DNA from: Lytechinus pictus
Taxonomy: Eukaryota
Length of the DNA stretch: 64,000 nucleotides
Direction: 5' to 3'
Assembly: GCF_037042905.1 (NCBI RefSeq)
Contig: NC_087250.1
Coordinates: forward strand, 8,186,001-8,250,000
The position numbers were made by a program, and so were the translations under genes. Shown one piece after another: positions 49,901-62,680 of the stretch (its first letter is position 1; each line of letters starts with the position of its first letter). The notes beneath the pieces are model-generated. The model did not search any database. It was not told the origin of the DNA and saw only the letters and a program-made list of their open reading frames with translations.

Positions 49901-51047
49901 TTATCACCTTACACTTGCCAATAGCCTGAGTTGTAGCTTTATTCCACATAGATAGACGGATGTTTGCACTCTGAACTACATCCTCCTCTTTTAGATACTT
50001 TTGTGGAAGAAGATTCACTGTTGCACCCGAGTCCAGTTGGAACGGTACCCTCTGATTGTTGATAAGCATGTTACAGATAATTGGCTCTTTGTCCATATCC
50101 ACTGCATTAATTTGCACAAAACTAATGCTTTCAGCTGAGGATGAGTAGTCATCATCTCCGACATGGTGAACATTCCTGGTCTTGCACACTGAAGATCCCT
50201 TGAAGTGATTAGGCTTACTGCAAGCTTTGCACTTTTGTCCCCATGCTGGACAGGACTCTTTTTTCATCTCATGAACCCTGTTACAGAACTTGCACTTCTT
50301 AACCTCTGATTTACCTTTCTGTAGATCTTTCCCTTTTGGTTTCTGCGTGCTATACTTCTTTCTTCCAGACTTTGGGAAATGTCTCTGTCCAACCTTATGT
50401 ATGTCTTCATTCTTCTGACTCAGAGCTTTCATTTGGACAGAAGTAGCCTCTACAGCTTTACACACGTCTATAGCAGTCGTGAGGTCAAGGTCAGATCTCG
50501 AAATGAGTAGTTCTCTCATTCGATCATCACGCACACCGAGTAGGACACGATCAACAAGCAGCTTGTCTTTCATACAATCACAGAATCCACACGTTTTGCT
50601 CATCATACGAAGAACCGTGACATACTGCTCAATGGATTCACCACTCTCTTGATTGCGCTGGTTGAATTTAAATCTCTCAAAGAATTCTCTGCTCTCTCCA
50701 AGGAAATGTGTGTTAAACTTGTCCATGATCACAGAACATTTGATGCTATCAGCCTCAGTAGCAAATTTCATGCCATTGTAGACGCGAAGACATTCCGGTC
50801 CAACACTGTGAAGGAGAAGGGCAGTCTGATAACGATCAGGTTGTTGAGAGAGATTTGTGAGAATAGAGTAATTTTCCCATTGCTGGCTCCACATTTTCCA
50901 CTCCTCTGCGACATTATTTCCAGCAGACGCATTAAAATGCCCAGGGGGTTGAATGGAAGGCTTAGCATAAGTAGCTCCATGCTGAAGCTCGGAAGGAGAC
51001 CCATCACTATGATTATCATCAGTCATCATGCAATCAACAGTAGTCAC
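46935..51047 (-). CDS. Gag-Pol polyprotein (gag Cys knuckles, protease, RT, RNase H, integrase) with one in-frame TAA at 48003-48005
   Basis: LDSGA protease, LPFGL/VADDII RT, TDASS..DHKPL..ADALSR RNase H, H-H-CATC zinc motif, DLF..SDNG..GKAESAVK integrase; the two ORF-track pieces are in the same frame. Confidence 0.93.
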
Positions 51048-51257
51048 AGTAAGTCAGAATGATAATTCACACCAATATAGCGATACCGAATGTAGAAAAC
51101 AGTACACAGACTTACATATGTGGGACACATGCAGGAATGACTCTCAGAAAGCTGGCGAAATCCAGTTCAAATCACAGTTTGCAGATACATAACAGAGTTC
51201 AGAGAGAAGAATATTAACTGTTCTACGGAAATAGGTAACTTTTCACCGCTGCCATCA

Positions 51258-51415
51258 TGTTTCAAGTTATATTATCAGTCAGAATCAAACAGAATTACAC
51301 AGCTTCTGTATATAGTCGAGAGAGTAGCATTTAATAAGTAAACGTTTGTAGCGCCCTCTTTTGGCAGGATCATTACATGCTCCTCAAATCTCATAAACAT
51401 GCAGATATTGTAACA
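51258..51415 (-). repeat. 5' LTR
   Basis: Identical to 46353-46510, followed by PBS on minus strand. Confidence 0.95.
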
Positions 51416-51632
51416 GTCATGTTCCTGAAACGCGCACAAAATATTCAGGGATAAATGGTTGCTTAATATGTCCAAGTTTAATGAACGAGATCCTTAAACT
51501 TTTAAAGTTATGACAATTCCACAAATACCCGCAACGTTACCAAAGTTCGTTGACCATGCATAAGTGACCTTTTACCTTGGTCATGTGTCCTAAAACTCAG
51601 GCAGGATCTTGAGTGATACACCATTACACCAT

Positions 51633-53035
51633 CACTGGCGTAAATCCCGGGGGGGGGGGGGATGGGGGATATATACCCCCCCCCACTTTTCGAGGAGGGG
51701 GGTGGCCTGTACAAACATCCCCCTCCCCCCACTTTTTACAAAAGAAATGAAGAAAAAAATCACAAGAGATAATTGTTTTATTGGTGAAAATTCTTCCTAA
51801 AATACCGCTTAACAAATAAAACAATATTATTGAATCATAAAATGCAAATAAAGAGCCAGTTCACCATTTCCAAACGAAATACTTTTGTCCTTATTATAAC
51901 ATTGAAGAGAAACCCCCGTTCCTTCCAATTCATCAATGTTAGGGTCTTTGGAAGGGATTAAGATGGAATGTCAAAAAAATATGAATGTAATCTCTAATAA
52001 AACCATTAAACCATCATGGGGTAAAAAAGATAATAATATTGGAGGGGTATTTGCAATATGGACATACAGTGGTGTAACTACGGGGGACATGGGGGGCACA
52101 TCCCCCCCCCCCCCCATCGGCTGACCAAAAAAAAAAAACGGGGAAAAGGAGAAAAGAGGGAGAAAGGAAGAGAAACATAGTGAAAGAAGAAAATATAATT
52201 CATTATAATATTATATTATAATTATGTTATGTTACATTACATACGAAACATTTTTATCATAACTTTATGACTTGCCCAGGGCCTACGTCTTCATTGTTCC
52301 TTGTGCTCGCACTGTCTGTTTAACGAGATATATAATCCTGTTGTACTAAAACATCCCGTTTTCAAGTCAATACAAACCAAATATATTTCCTAGCACTTGA
52401 GTTATCATTGTTTTACGTTGTGACATATATGCTTCTTTTTCATTTCTCAAAAAGTGATTGCCCCATGTTAAGGTCTTCGTATATATGAAACATTTCCTGT
52501 CCGTGATTACGTTCGCATTAGTGGATTGGTGAGATATGTCTGCTCTTCATGAATTCCCAAAATCAGTCCTTAAAATGTCCCTTCTTCTGATCTGAATATC
52601 AAAAACTTTCAGCTCGCGCTTCGCGCTCGCATCATTTGGTTAATGAAATACGTATGGTCCTAGTTAATTCCTACAAAGAAACCTTAGAATGCCCCACTTC
52701 AGGTCTGAATTATCTAAATTTTCAGCTCGCGCTTCGCGCTCGCATTGTTTAGCGAGACAGGTACCTATCATAATTACACAGATTTGATTATAATGTCCCT
52801 TTTTAGGTGTGAATACAAAAAAATTTCAGCTCGCGCTTCGCGCTCGCATTATTTGATCAGTGAGATACATATCCGTTTAATGACATTGTCCTTAAAATGT
52901 CTCTATTAGGTCAGTATAACTGGCAACTGTGGACATATCAATGACAATTCCTTGCATATCTAAAAACATAATTGCAAAAAATGCCAAAATATTTCAGTCA
53001 TCCCCCCCACCCATCAACACGGATTTACGCCAGTG
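51633..53035. mobile_element. hAT-like non-autonomous element (TSD TACACCAT) containing a nested element 52067-52929 (TSD TGGACATA)
   Basis: CACTGGCGTAAATCC...GGATTTACGCCAGTG; both 8-bp TSDs read directly. Confidence 0.8.
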
Positions 53036-53701
53036 TACACCATTACCCTTATGTTTAAGTTTTATGAACTAGGTCCATATACTTTTAAGTTATGATGACA
53101 TTTCAAAAAAACAACTTAACCTTGGTTAAGATTTCAATGTTGCCGCAGTCGGAAAAGCGGCGCCTATACGAGACAAAAATTCATCAAAGAATAAGAGATG
53201 AATTTTTAGTTTTCAATTTGTGACATCATATGCGAGCATCATTTATAGGGTATTGATATGTCAACTAAATTCCTCGTATTCTTTTTTATTATAAAAAATG
53301 AAATTAAGTCCAGGATCCAGAGGATATTCTGGATTGCCCACAGGCCATAGGTGTACAGATTCAACTTCAAAATTAACATGAAAATATGAAAAAACAGATC
53401 TATCTCTTGACTAACAATATTGCAAAGAGGGTCTACTTACTTTTTGTCGCCACGGATGAATTCCAGGGCTGAAATGGCCTGGTCCTTCTGAAGTACGAAA
53501 TCGTCATCATAGGGATTTTGGAGTTGAATAAAGTCGTACGGCAAAATCTCTTTGATGAGGACTGTAGTCGCTTTCAGTGGAGATGGAGGTAGACCTTCAC
53601 CGGTTTCTCTTTGCTTTCTGCGATATTCACTATAATATTCCTTCTTGGCAAGTATCCTTTGCCTCTTCCAAAATTCTTTCATTTGATGTACGGTCCATTT
53701 T

Positions 53702-55022
53702 AATAATAACTAACATCATTTATATAGCGCTTATCACAAAAAATATCTCTAAGTGCTTAAGGAAAATAAATAGAAAGACAAGAAATTTCAGCTAAAATCA
53801 AATTATACATGTCGACAATTAAAAGTAGACAGTTGAAGCTGCATTATGCTAAGGACGATCTTTTACCGAAAAAGTGAGTTTTTAACATAGATTTGAATTT
53901 GTCAGTTGAGTCTGCTTGTCTTATGCTCTGAGGTAGGTTGTTCCAAAGTTGAGGGGATGCTGAATAAAAAGATCGGGAACCATTAAGACTGGGTGTTGAT
54001 GGCAGGAACTTCTAAGAGTGATTTTTTGCATGAGCTCAAGTTGCGGGAGGGTGAGTATTCTTCTATTAACTGTTGAAGATAGACTGGTCAGGAGCTGATT
54101 TTTATCAAACATTGGAAAGTAAGCAAGCTAGAGGATCTTAAAATCAATTCGTTCTCGAACCCTTAGCATATGAAGCTCCCTTAGCAGTGGAGTGACAGAC
54201 TCACGTGAACGACGTTCAGCAATAATTCTAGCTGCTGAATTTTGTATTCTCTGCAGTTTGTTGATTTGTGTATCAGGTAGACCATACAGAAGACTGTTGC
54301 AAAAGTCAATGTGCGACATGACCTGGGGCCCGTTTCAGAAAGAGTTAAATTGCAATCAAACGTAACTCTAAAAATCACGCGCAACTTGATTTTCAACCAA
54401 TCAACCGCGCGCATTTTGGACTTGCGATTGATTTTTTGACTTGCGTTTAAACGCAACTCTTTCTGCAACGGACCCCAGTACCTGAACAAGCCTCTGGGTG
54501 GTCTTTTTTTGTAAGAAATTGACGGATGCTACCGATTTTATGCAATGCAAACGAGGCAGATCTATCTGCATACGTTGTTCACATGGGTCTTTAGTATTAT
54601 TATCAAACGTGACCCCTAGGTTTCTAGCAGCCGTAGAGCATTCTATATCAGAACTATCAAAAGAAATATCGCCAATCGGACTACAAGTCCTATGCCTGCT
54701 CACAAAGTGTAAACATTCTGTTTTACTTTCATTTAACTTTAATTCAATTCTGTATGGAACATTCTTAATGTCTATAAGACATGCACTGAGTCTTTGTAGC
54801 GTCACAGCGTGGTCCTCCTTCTTCAACACAAGGTAAATTTGAGTGCCATCTGCATAAGTCATACATGATATTCCATGGTGTTTGATAACATCCTCTAATG
54901 GAGATGAGAAGAGTGTAAATGCTATCGGACCGATAACGGACCCTTGAGGTACTCCGAAGTTAGAAGAGCTGACAATCGATTCAGAGCCATTAACAAAAAC
55001 AGACTGGGTTCTATGAGCGAGG
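53702..55022 (-). mobile_element. 5'-truncated L2-clade LINE (RT remnant) with Harbinger-like MITE at 54325-54476
   Basis: GVPQGSVIGP, YADG(D)TQIY, ARNLGVTFD, SHIDFCNSLLYGLP, LQRIQNSAARI; (TTA)n tail; TSD ATTTT (53697-53701, 55023-55027). Confidence 0.85.
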
Positions 55023-55069
55023 ATTTTGCTCCAAATCTTTGGGTGAAATGCTGATGCACAGCACTCCAG

Positions 55070-55187
55070 GAACCGTAACACAAAGGTTAGCAATGATCGT
55101 AGAATGTTTTTCTACGATTGATTGCATAGACTACAATGTACTATCAATCGTGAAAATCAAGCATACGATTAATCGCTAATCTTCGTC
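55070..55187. mobile_element. Short Harbinger-like MITE (related copy at ~1915-2072)
   Basis: cacaaaggttagc..aatcgctaa arms, TSD CAG. Confidence 0.6.
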
Positions 55188-56042
55188 CAGGCATCTTTCT
55201 TCGCATCATTAGCTTTTTGACGTGTCTCCGAATTGTTGCACAGTTGTAATAGATATATTAATTTCGCTGTTTTGCCATTTGTTTTGGCCCTGCTTTGCCA
55301 TTTTGGAAGTTGCAGCAGCATCTGTTAATTGTGTGGTGGAAATTGCATGCAGTGGTTGTGTGTGTGTGTTATGGGTGTGTATGTGACTTGTACATAAACC
55401 CAGGGCAGGAACACATTTTTTTAGGGGGGGGTGGAGAGAATGTTTTTTTTTTTTTTTTAAGATTTTGGACAAGGAAAATGTTGCCAGTGCTAGCTGTTGA
55501 ATGTAGTTTTCAATGCACTGAGCACGCTCAGTACATGCTAAAAAGGGGAAATCCCTGGTTTTGAGGTAAAATCCACAGTTGAAACCATGGTTTCATTTGA
55601 GTCCACTGCTGAAACTGTGTTTTCATTTGAGACCATGGTTTAATCCGTGGGTTTTAGAAACCATCGCTTGTGAATTACAGGTTTTTAAAAAGTCAAACCG
55701 TGGTTTTTTTAACACCTTTGTGAATTCGGGCCATGTCTCATGTAGGCCTAATAAACATTCAATTTTTATTTTTTCAATGGAACACCACGAATTACATATT
55801 TCCTATAAAAGGGGTCGGGAAATGGAATGAAATAACTCTTTTTCTTTTAGATCTCATATCTGGGAATTTATTTACATGACATTGGGAGTAGCTGCTTGTC
55901 TGTGACATCGCAAATCAAAACTTTCAAAATTCATAAATCAATTATTCTATTACGGATTTTCACTAAACCTTCACCAATATTTCCTATAATTTATAGTTTG
56001 CTATTAAAAATCAAATTATCGTCACGGTGAATTTCTCATTTA

Positions 56043-56312
56043 CGGTGTCATGGTCTATTGGTTAAACCTCTCCTCTTTCAATCTGAGGGACGTGGGTTCG
56101 ATTTTCCACAGCCATGGAGTGTTTTCCTTCAGCAACAAATTTACCCATTGTGCTGCATTTAACCCAGGTGAGGTAAATGGGCACCGGCAGAAATTCCTCA
56201 AAGGGCTGTCAGCACCAGAATTGGAAGACTAGCTTAGCCGGGGTAATAATAGGAGCGCCTTGAGCACCGATATCAAGGTGGATACTTGCGCAATCCTGTA
56301 TCATTTTATTTT
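56043..56312 (+). mobile_element. tRNA-derived SINE (degenerate)
   Basis: A-box tggtctattgg, B-box ggttcgatt, core cccaggtgaggtaaatgggcacc, L2-like tail agcgccttgagca. Confidence 0.7.
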
Positions 56313-56323
56313 ATGCTATTTAA

Positions 56324-56907
56324 AGGTCAAGTCCATCCCAGGAAAATGCTGACTTGAATAGAGAAAAATCAAACTAGCATAGTGCTGAAAATTTCCTCAA
56401 AAACGGATGTAAAATAAGAAAGTTATGACATTTTAAAGTTTCGCTTCTTTTTCACAAAACAGTGCTATGCACAACTATAGGTGAGTCAGTCGATGATGTC
56501 CCTCACTCACTATTTCTTTTGTTTTTTATTGTTTGAATTATACAATGTTTCATTTTTTATAGATTTGACCATAGGACTAACTTGGCGGAACCATATAGTA
56601 TTGAACAATGCTACTTCCACATGTTCATCAGGGAGGAATTAAACGTTGTATCACTTGACAATGAGAAAATTAGATTATTTCATATTTCATATAAAATACA
56701 AAAGAAATGAGTTGATGACGTCATAGTCTTCTCATTTGCAAACCAGACATGATGTGCATATAACTGTTTTGTGAAATTAAGCGAAACTTTAAAATGTCAT
56801 AACTTTATTTTACATCCGATTTTGATGAAATTTTCAGTGTTATGCTTCTTGTATTTTTCTCTTTTTATTCAAATCAACTTTTTGTTGGGGTGAACTGGAC
56901 TTGTCCT
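56324..56907. mobile_element. Kolobok-like MITE, TTAA TSD
   Basis: TTAA|AGGTCAAGTCCA...TGGACTTGTCCT|TTAA with ~130-bp inverted arms. Confidence 0.8.
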
Positions 56908-57169
56908 TTAACAGTAAAAACCCTAAATGGACAATAAAATGTCATTTATGATGTGGAACTGGTGACACGACTTTTGCTCTGGCGACATTTGCTCCCGGGG
57001 CTTGCAGTAGGGCTTTATATTAGGTTTAGGATAGGGTATAGTGTTAAATCCAGGGTTGAAGTTGGTCATTCCATTGTGTGGAATTTGCAGCAGAGCAATT
57101 GTCGCCGGAGCAAATGTCATTGAACTATCCCTCTTGTTTTCATCCTTACGACTACTAAGAATCTGACCT

Positions 57170-57923
57170 GGGCCCCGTCTTACAAAGAGTTATGATTGAT
57201 CCAATCAACCACAACTATGGAAAGCCATCAACGTCAACATCTACAGGTTTCACGGGCCTAAAACATTTCCCATAGACTCGTGTGTTAACATGGCACTTGC
57301 AAAAAAAATCATCAAAAATAAGGATGAAATTCGGGGGTCGAATGTTTACTACCAGTGGATAGGATATATATATATATATATCTGACAATCCATATCTGAC
57401 CAGAAAAGGATCCCTCAACCGGCTAGTTTTAGAAATAAATCGGCATTTATAAAGGCATCTCCTGAGGGATCAAATTCATTACCAAAAACAGTGAAAGAGC
57501 CCTAATCCTTCCGCCAGTCAAAATATAGTTTCAAAGTTTATATTTCTTCCCAATTTGGGTAAAGGATGTTGAGTAATTACCAAAAATAGAATCAGAGTTA
57601 GATGGACAATCATAATTCATACACTTTGTCAATCAGCCATATCAAAAAAAAAAAAATGAGAATGTGTTGGCTTGAATGAAGCTTCCTTCCCGTTGTTAAT
57701 AGGCCTGTGTGACCTGTACTACATATTTGTTCAAATTTTTTTTTTCTAGATATGATGTATATTCATACATTTACTGTTCCCTTGACAATATTCAGTAATG
57801 CTTCTGTTTGTTTTCAAAGGACATTGTGCAAATTTTGTAAAGAAAAATTATGACATTGATGGATTTCCATATACTTGAGGTTGACTGGATCAATCGTAAC
57901 TCTTTGTTTGTACAACGGGGCCC
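57170..57923. mobile_element. Harbinger-like MITE interrupted by a TA-flanked element (57244-57716)
   Basis: gggccccgtcttacaaagagtt...aactcttt..acggggccc; insert TA|CAGGT..GGCCTA...TAGGCC..ACCTG|TA. Confidence 0.7.
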
Positions 57924-58532
57924 AGAATTCACTATAGTGGTTTGTTTCTAAACCACGGTTTATGCATAATTTATGCCCTAATTACGCTTTAATATGATTT
58001 ATGCACTTTTATCAAAACGCGCTAAATATGTGTTGTTACCAAACTTATGGCAGTAAATAGTCTGCTGTTTATGTTAAAGTTAAATCATTAATGCATTTAC
58101 ATTGCAGGTTAGTAATGGAGATTACATTAGCGTCCTGTGGCAAAAGCATTTATTATTTTACCATTTCTGAATATATATGCTGAATTAAGCGTATAATAAA
58201 ATTCACAAGCTTATAGCATGTATTTCAATTCCCGTAGGTTATATGGCTTAATTTGGATAAAGAAATAACCACTCAAAATAATTACCTTTTCTTAAAATTT
58301 TTGCCCGTATTTATATTCATTTTTTACTCAGAAAAAAATACATGATTAAGAAAAAAAAAGACAAATTCTGCAAATCATGTTTGGCCAAAGTAAATAACAC
58401 AAAGTACTTGTACATAGAAACAATCAATTAAATCTCATGTAATAACCGCATTGTTCACATAGAATGAGAATCGGGGCCAAGTTCATTATCATGCTCACTG
58501 ACTGGTAGAAAAGATTGAGTCAGAACGCATAC

Positions 58533-58900
58533 ATTCGTAATTCCATAGCTTCGTTATTCCGAAGGTTCAGATATTCCGAAGGTTCGTTATTCCGAATATT
58601 CGTATTTCCGAAGGTTCGTAATTCGGAAGGTTCATTAGTTCGAAAACGAAATGAGGTTCGTAATTCCGAAAGTTTGTTAGTCCGAAAACGAAGTGAGGTT
58701 CGTAATTCCGAAAAGGAAGTGAGGTTCGTAATTCCGAAGGTTCGTTAGTCCAAAAACGAAATGATTAACGAACCTTATTTCGTTTTCGGACTAACGAACC
58801 TTCGGAACAACGAACCTTATTTCGTTTTCAGATTAACGAACCTTCGGAACATCGAACCTTATTTCGTTTTCGGATTACCGAACCTTCGGAATAACAAACC
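58533..58900. repeat. Foldback minisatellite of ttccgaaggttcgt units
   Basis: Forward units to ~58760, then inverted acgaaccttcgga units. Confidence 0.8.
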
Positions 58901-60996
58901 TTTGTTCATCTACAGTGAAAATAAAAAAATACTTTAATTTATACTGTGTAATGATTGGCTTAAAGCTAAAGCAATGTAGTTGCAACATGAATGGGTCTTT
59001 AAAATCAAGATTAAATGCAACCATATTATGACAATTCTAGATCTGGTAGATTGTAATAAAGTTATCTTTGAGAAATTGTGAAAACTTACAAGAAAACCAA
59101 TAATTCTGCTGATCACTAAACTAACATAAAAAAGCAAATGTGGGACAGTGTAAGTGTATAAATATTGCTTGCAAATAGCCAACATTCAGAGGTCGTTACC
59201 ACAACTGGCATTTATCTTCATTTCATGTCATTCAGGTGTATTTTGAAAAATCAAACAGTTTTACTACCACTAAATGACAATTTTCAAAAGCTGAACATTC
59301 AGACAAATATATACAATTATTTTCAATTAATATCAATATGATCAGAGTATATGACTTGGAAACGTGGAGGAATCCTTAGTAGCAATATGCTTGTAGATAA
59401 GGTTCCCTTTTAATTCTAATAGTATCGGACGCAGGGGAGGGGGGGGGGGAGCACTATGGCCACCCCCAACAGTTTTTGTAATAAGCCTTCAAAACAAACT
59501 TTGTAAAAATAACGAATACATAAAAAATTTAAGAAACAAAATACCTAAAACTCGATTTCGGTCCCAGTATTATTTAAGTACTATTGTAAGAACTGCTATA
59601 AAAAAGGTTTACACCAAAAAGTATCTTTGTAAAAGCTTCCTGTATCACAGAGCAAAAAGTATGATTTTATGAATAAAATAGCTAACTGAATTCATATAAA
59701 ATAGTGAAATTCACCTCTGCAATCACATTGATTCATATAATGTTCTTCCACAACAATTTATTGTCATTGAGAAGAGACCAAGAAAACAAATACAAGATAT
59801 AAAATTGCCTATAAAATTTGGCAAGCAAAATTACTCCAATGGTTTTATCAATATAAACATTACCCGGTAGGTTGGACAGATAATTACTGAAGAGCATACT
59901 GTTTCTAACAAGATATTGGCGCAAGCAGAAAATGTTTTGAACTGATCGAAAAGTGCCTTTTAAGGACTGCTTGCACTTAGCCATGAAGACGTTACATATT
60001 TCAACAATCAAACAATGCGAGCGCAAAGCGCGAGCGGAAAAATTCGAGATTAAGACCTAGAACGGGAGGGACACTCTATTCATGTTTCGTAGATCATGAA
60101 AGGGGTGAGAAAGGGGGAATCTTCTTACATTAATAATTCGAGCACAAAGGGCAAGCAAAAAATTTTGATATTGTGATCTGAAACTGGATAACTGAATGAA
60201 CATGCGCGCGTGTGTTTCAGATTTAGACCTAGAATCCAGGCATTCTAAATACATGAAAATAAAAGCGAGCACGAAGCGCAAGCTTAAAATATTTGATATT
60301 CCGATCTGAAAAAGGGGGTAAATTTCAGCTTCATATTTCAAACACTTTGTAGGAAAATTGTAAGGTGGATATAAATTGCACTTGATAAAGAGCTGATATT
60401 TGTCATTATTACATCCTTAGGACATGTTATCATATGAATATGATGACTATATATCTTCCTATTTATCTTGCTAAGCGCGAGATTAAACAAAAGGGACAAT
60501 TTAATTATTAAATTGATATCTTATTTATTATTGCATAATGAGGGGGCGGAATCTGATGACATTATGGCCTGAACACTGTACATTTCAAGCACTTTTTTTT
60601 ATTATGAATAGGATGCATCAGTAATCAGCTGATATATTTTTAACCATTAATGTTGAACAAGATATGTATATAAATGCAAACAGACAAGATATGTGAATCA
60701 CCTAACAGACAATGCGAGCGCGAAGCGCGAGCGAAAATTTTATTTAGTGACATGAAATTTTTTTTCCTTCCTTTTTTCTTTCTTTCCCTTTTTTTTTTTT
60801 TTTGGGCTCCGCCAATAGGGGGAGGGGCGGGCACCTCGGGCCCCCACCTGGATCAGCCTATGCATCATAATCACCACCTTCATCATCATTACCAACATCA
60901 TCATCAGCGCCCCGATCAGCGCATACCATACCAAAGCATGTTGCTATGCTGCACGTGTTATACACGGCTGGTGCGGCACGGCGGATCGGAGAGAGG

Positions 60997-61275
60997 GGAA
61001 ATAATATTTCGTGGGAACGAAATAGTATTGCGTGGGAACGAAATAGTATTTCGTGGGAACGAAATAGTATTTCGTGGGAACGAAATAGTATTTCGTGGGA
61101 ACGAAATAATATTGCGTGGGAACGAAATAATATTGCGTGGGAACGAAATAATATTGCGTGGGAACGAAATAATATTTCGTGGGAACGAAATAATATTGCG
61201 TGGCCACGAAATAGTATTGCGTGGGAACGAAATAATATTGCGTGGCCACGAAATATTATTTCGTGGGAACGAAAT
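60997..61275. repeat. 21-bp tandem minisatellite (~13 copies) inside a small element (~60962-61321)
   Basis: Head-to-tail cgtgggaacgaaataRtattK units without spacers. Confidence 0.9.
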
Positions 61276-61323
61276 ACTGTACGGAGAATTTTTTCTCCTT
61301 CATGTCACCTGGCGGGCTCCGTA

Positions 61324-62680
61324 TTGATCACATACATGAGGGCTTCTCACGTGTATGGGTTCGTTTATGTAGCGTGAGATGATGTCCAGTCAGACCGCAG
61401 GTCCCTATGCTAATGAGCAAAAAGGCCAGATTCATCCAAATCATCTCGTGGCTGAATCCTCCTCCTTGCAAAATCTCGTGATTCGTGAGATTTTCTTTCT
61501 CTAAGAATTTACCTGTTTTAACCTCAAGTTAAATGAAATATTATTGCACCATCAGGTAGAGTAAAAGTTACTCTTTCATATTGGTCATTTATTTTGTATA
61601 CAATATTTTGTTAAATAAGTAAATTTCTGGCCTGAAAATGTGCCTAACAACGGAATTTTCTTCCTCTGTTTTCTTTTGCAAATTGTGCAAAACTTTATAT
61701 TTTGAGCCTCAATGATATCTATATCACCATAAAGCTGAACATCTGTACTTTCTCACAATGCCACTGTTGATATGCGGCACCTTTTAATCGGGTCAAGATC
61801 ACACTTTTCCCACCAAGGTACAAGACGAGATTTCTGAAATTTTGTACTTGCATGAAATCCAGAGTTCTGATTGGCTGGATAAGGTTCACAGAACAACAGT
61901 CGCGGGGTATTTGAGGAGATTACCACATGGGAAGTGTGACCTTCCCACGAACCCAGGCACTGGAACCGTTGGAATTTGCCATTGTGTGGTCTCTTTGACC
62001 AATCAGAGTGCAGTATTCTTGTTTTCAAGCTGCTTTATGTACTTGGCAAATGAAAAGTGTGATCTTGACCCGATTAAACCAATTCTTATTTTGAAACCTA
62101 TATCATTTCAAAGCATACATATTCAGCTTTATCATGATATAAAAATCATTTGGGCTCAAACAAAAATAAAGTGTGAAAATAGCAGCTTTTGTCAGGTGAA
62201 AATATTTATTTTGTAGCATATTTTAGATCAAAATGTTCACCTATATTACAAAATCTTTGAATAAATCCAAACACATGACCTGAAAGAATGATTCTTCTTC
62301 TTTACAATGGTACCAAATTCATGAAATTCGATGCACAATTAGAGCAGCAATGACCGAATGAAAAGAGGTGTTTTGGTCCGCATCAAGCTAATTAAATATG
62401 CAAAACATCTCAAGTCATGAATATCACTTGGATGAAAGAAGCCACTTTCTTGGGACCTGCAGTCTGACTGATGTCCAAGCCTTACCACATTGATCACATA
62501 CATAGGGCTTTTCACCTGTATGGATTTGTTGATGTGTTATGAGAGTAGATACATGACTAAATGTCTTGCCACATTGATCACAAACACAGGTTTTCTCACA
62601 CACAAAGCCTGTATGGAATTGTTTGTGTCTTCTCAATGCACTTTTATCACTTAATGCCCTACCACATTGATCACACACAG
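61324..62680 (-). pseudogene. Degenerate out-of-frame tail of the zinc-finger array
   Basis: Fingers SDKSALRR and SHVSTLIT after the frameshift, a finger split by the 61387 transposon, and remnant HLTLHKRTHTREKP at 61324-61381. Confidence 0.75.
61387..62470. mobile_element. Non-autonomous DNA transposon with 19-bp TIRs and 5-bp TSD, inserted in a zinc-finger repeat
   Basis: CAGTCAGACCGCAGGTCCC / GGGACCTGCAGTCTGACTG; TSD ATGTC (61382-61386, 62471-62475). Confidence 0.85.

Larger units (their letters stand above)
46353..51415 (-). mobile_element. Ty3/Gypsy (Mag-like) LTR retrotransposon, full length
   Basis: Identical 158-bp TG...CA LTRs (46353-46510, 51258-51415), TSD GTCAT, PPT AAAGAAGGGAGGA (46511-46523), PBS TGATGGCAGCGGTG (51244-51257; resembles the complement of a tRNA-Leu 3' end). 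Confidence 0.96.
53441..55301 (-). pseudogene. Myb/SANT-like (MSANTD / Harbinger accessory) gene disrupted by an L2 LINE and a MITE
   Basis: Joining 55301-55188, 55069-55023 and 53701-53441 (TSDs counted once) gives MAKQGQNKWQNSEIN...KANDAKKDAWSAVHQHFTQRFGAKWTVHQMKEFWKRQRILAKKEYYSEYRRKQRETGEGLPP; donor gtaagt at 53440. Confidence 0.72.

Noticed and set aside
60997..61275. 21-bp repeats as a CRISPR array or repeat protein (ORFs 60674-61327, 60944-61249, 60946-61377)
   Set aside because: Head-to-tail units with no unique spacers, eukaryotic context; the ORFs arise because 21 is divisible by 3.
61754..61760. CACAATG as a Transib/RSS heptamer
   Set aside because: Internal position, no nonamer at 12 or 23 bp and no matching opposite end.
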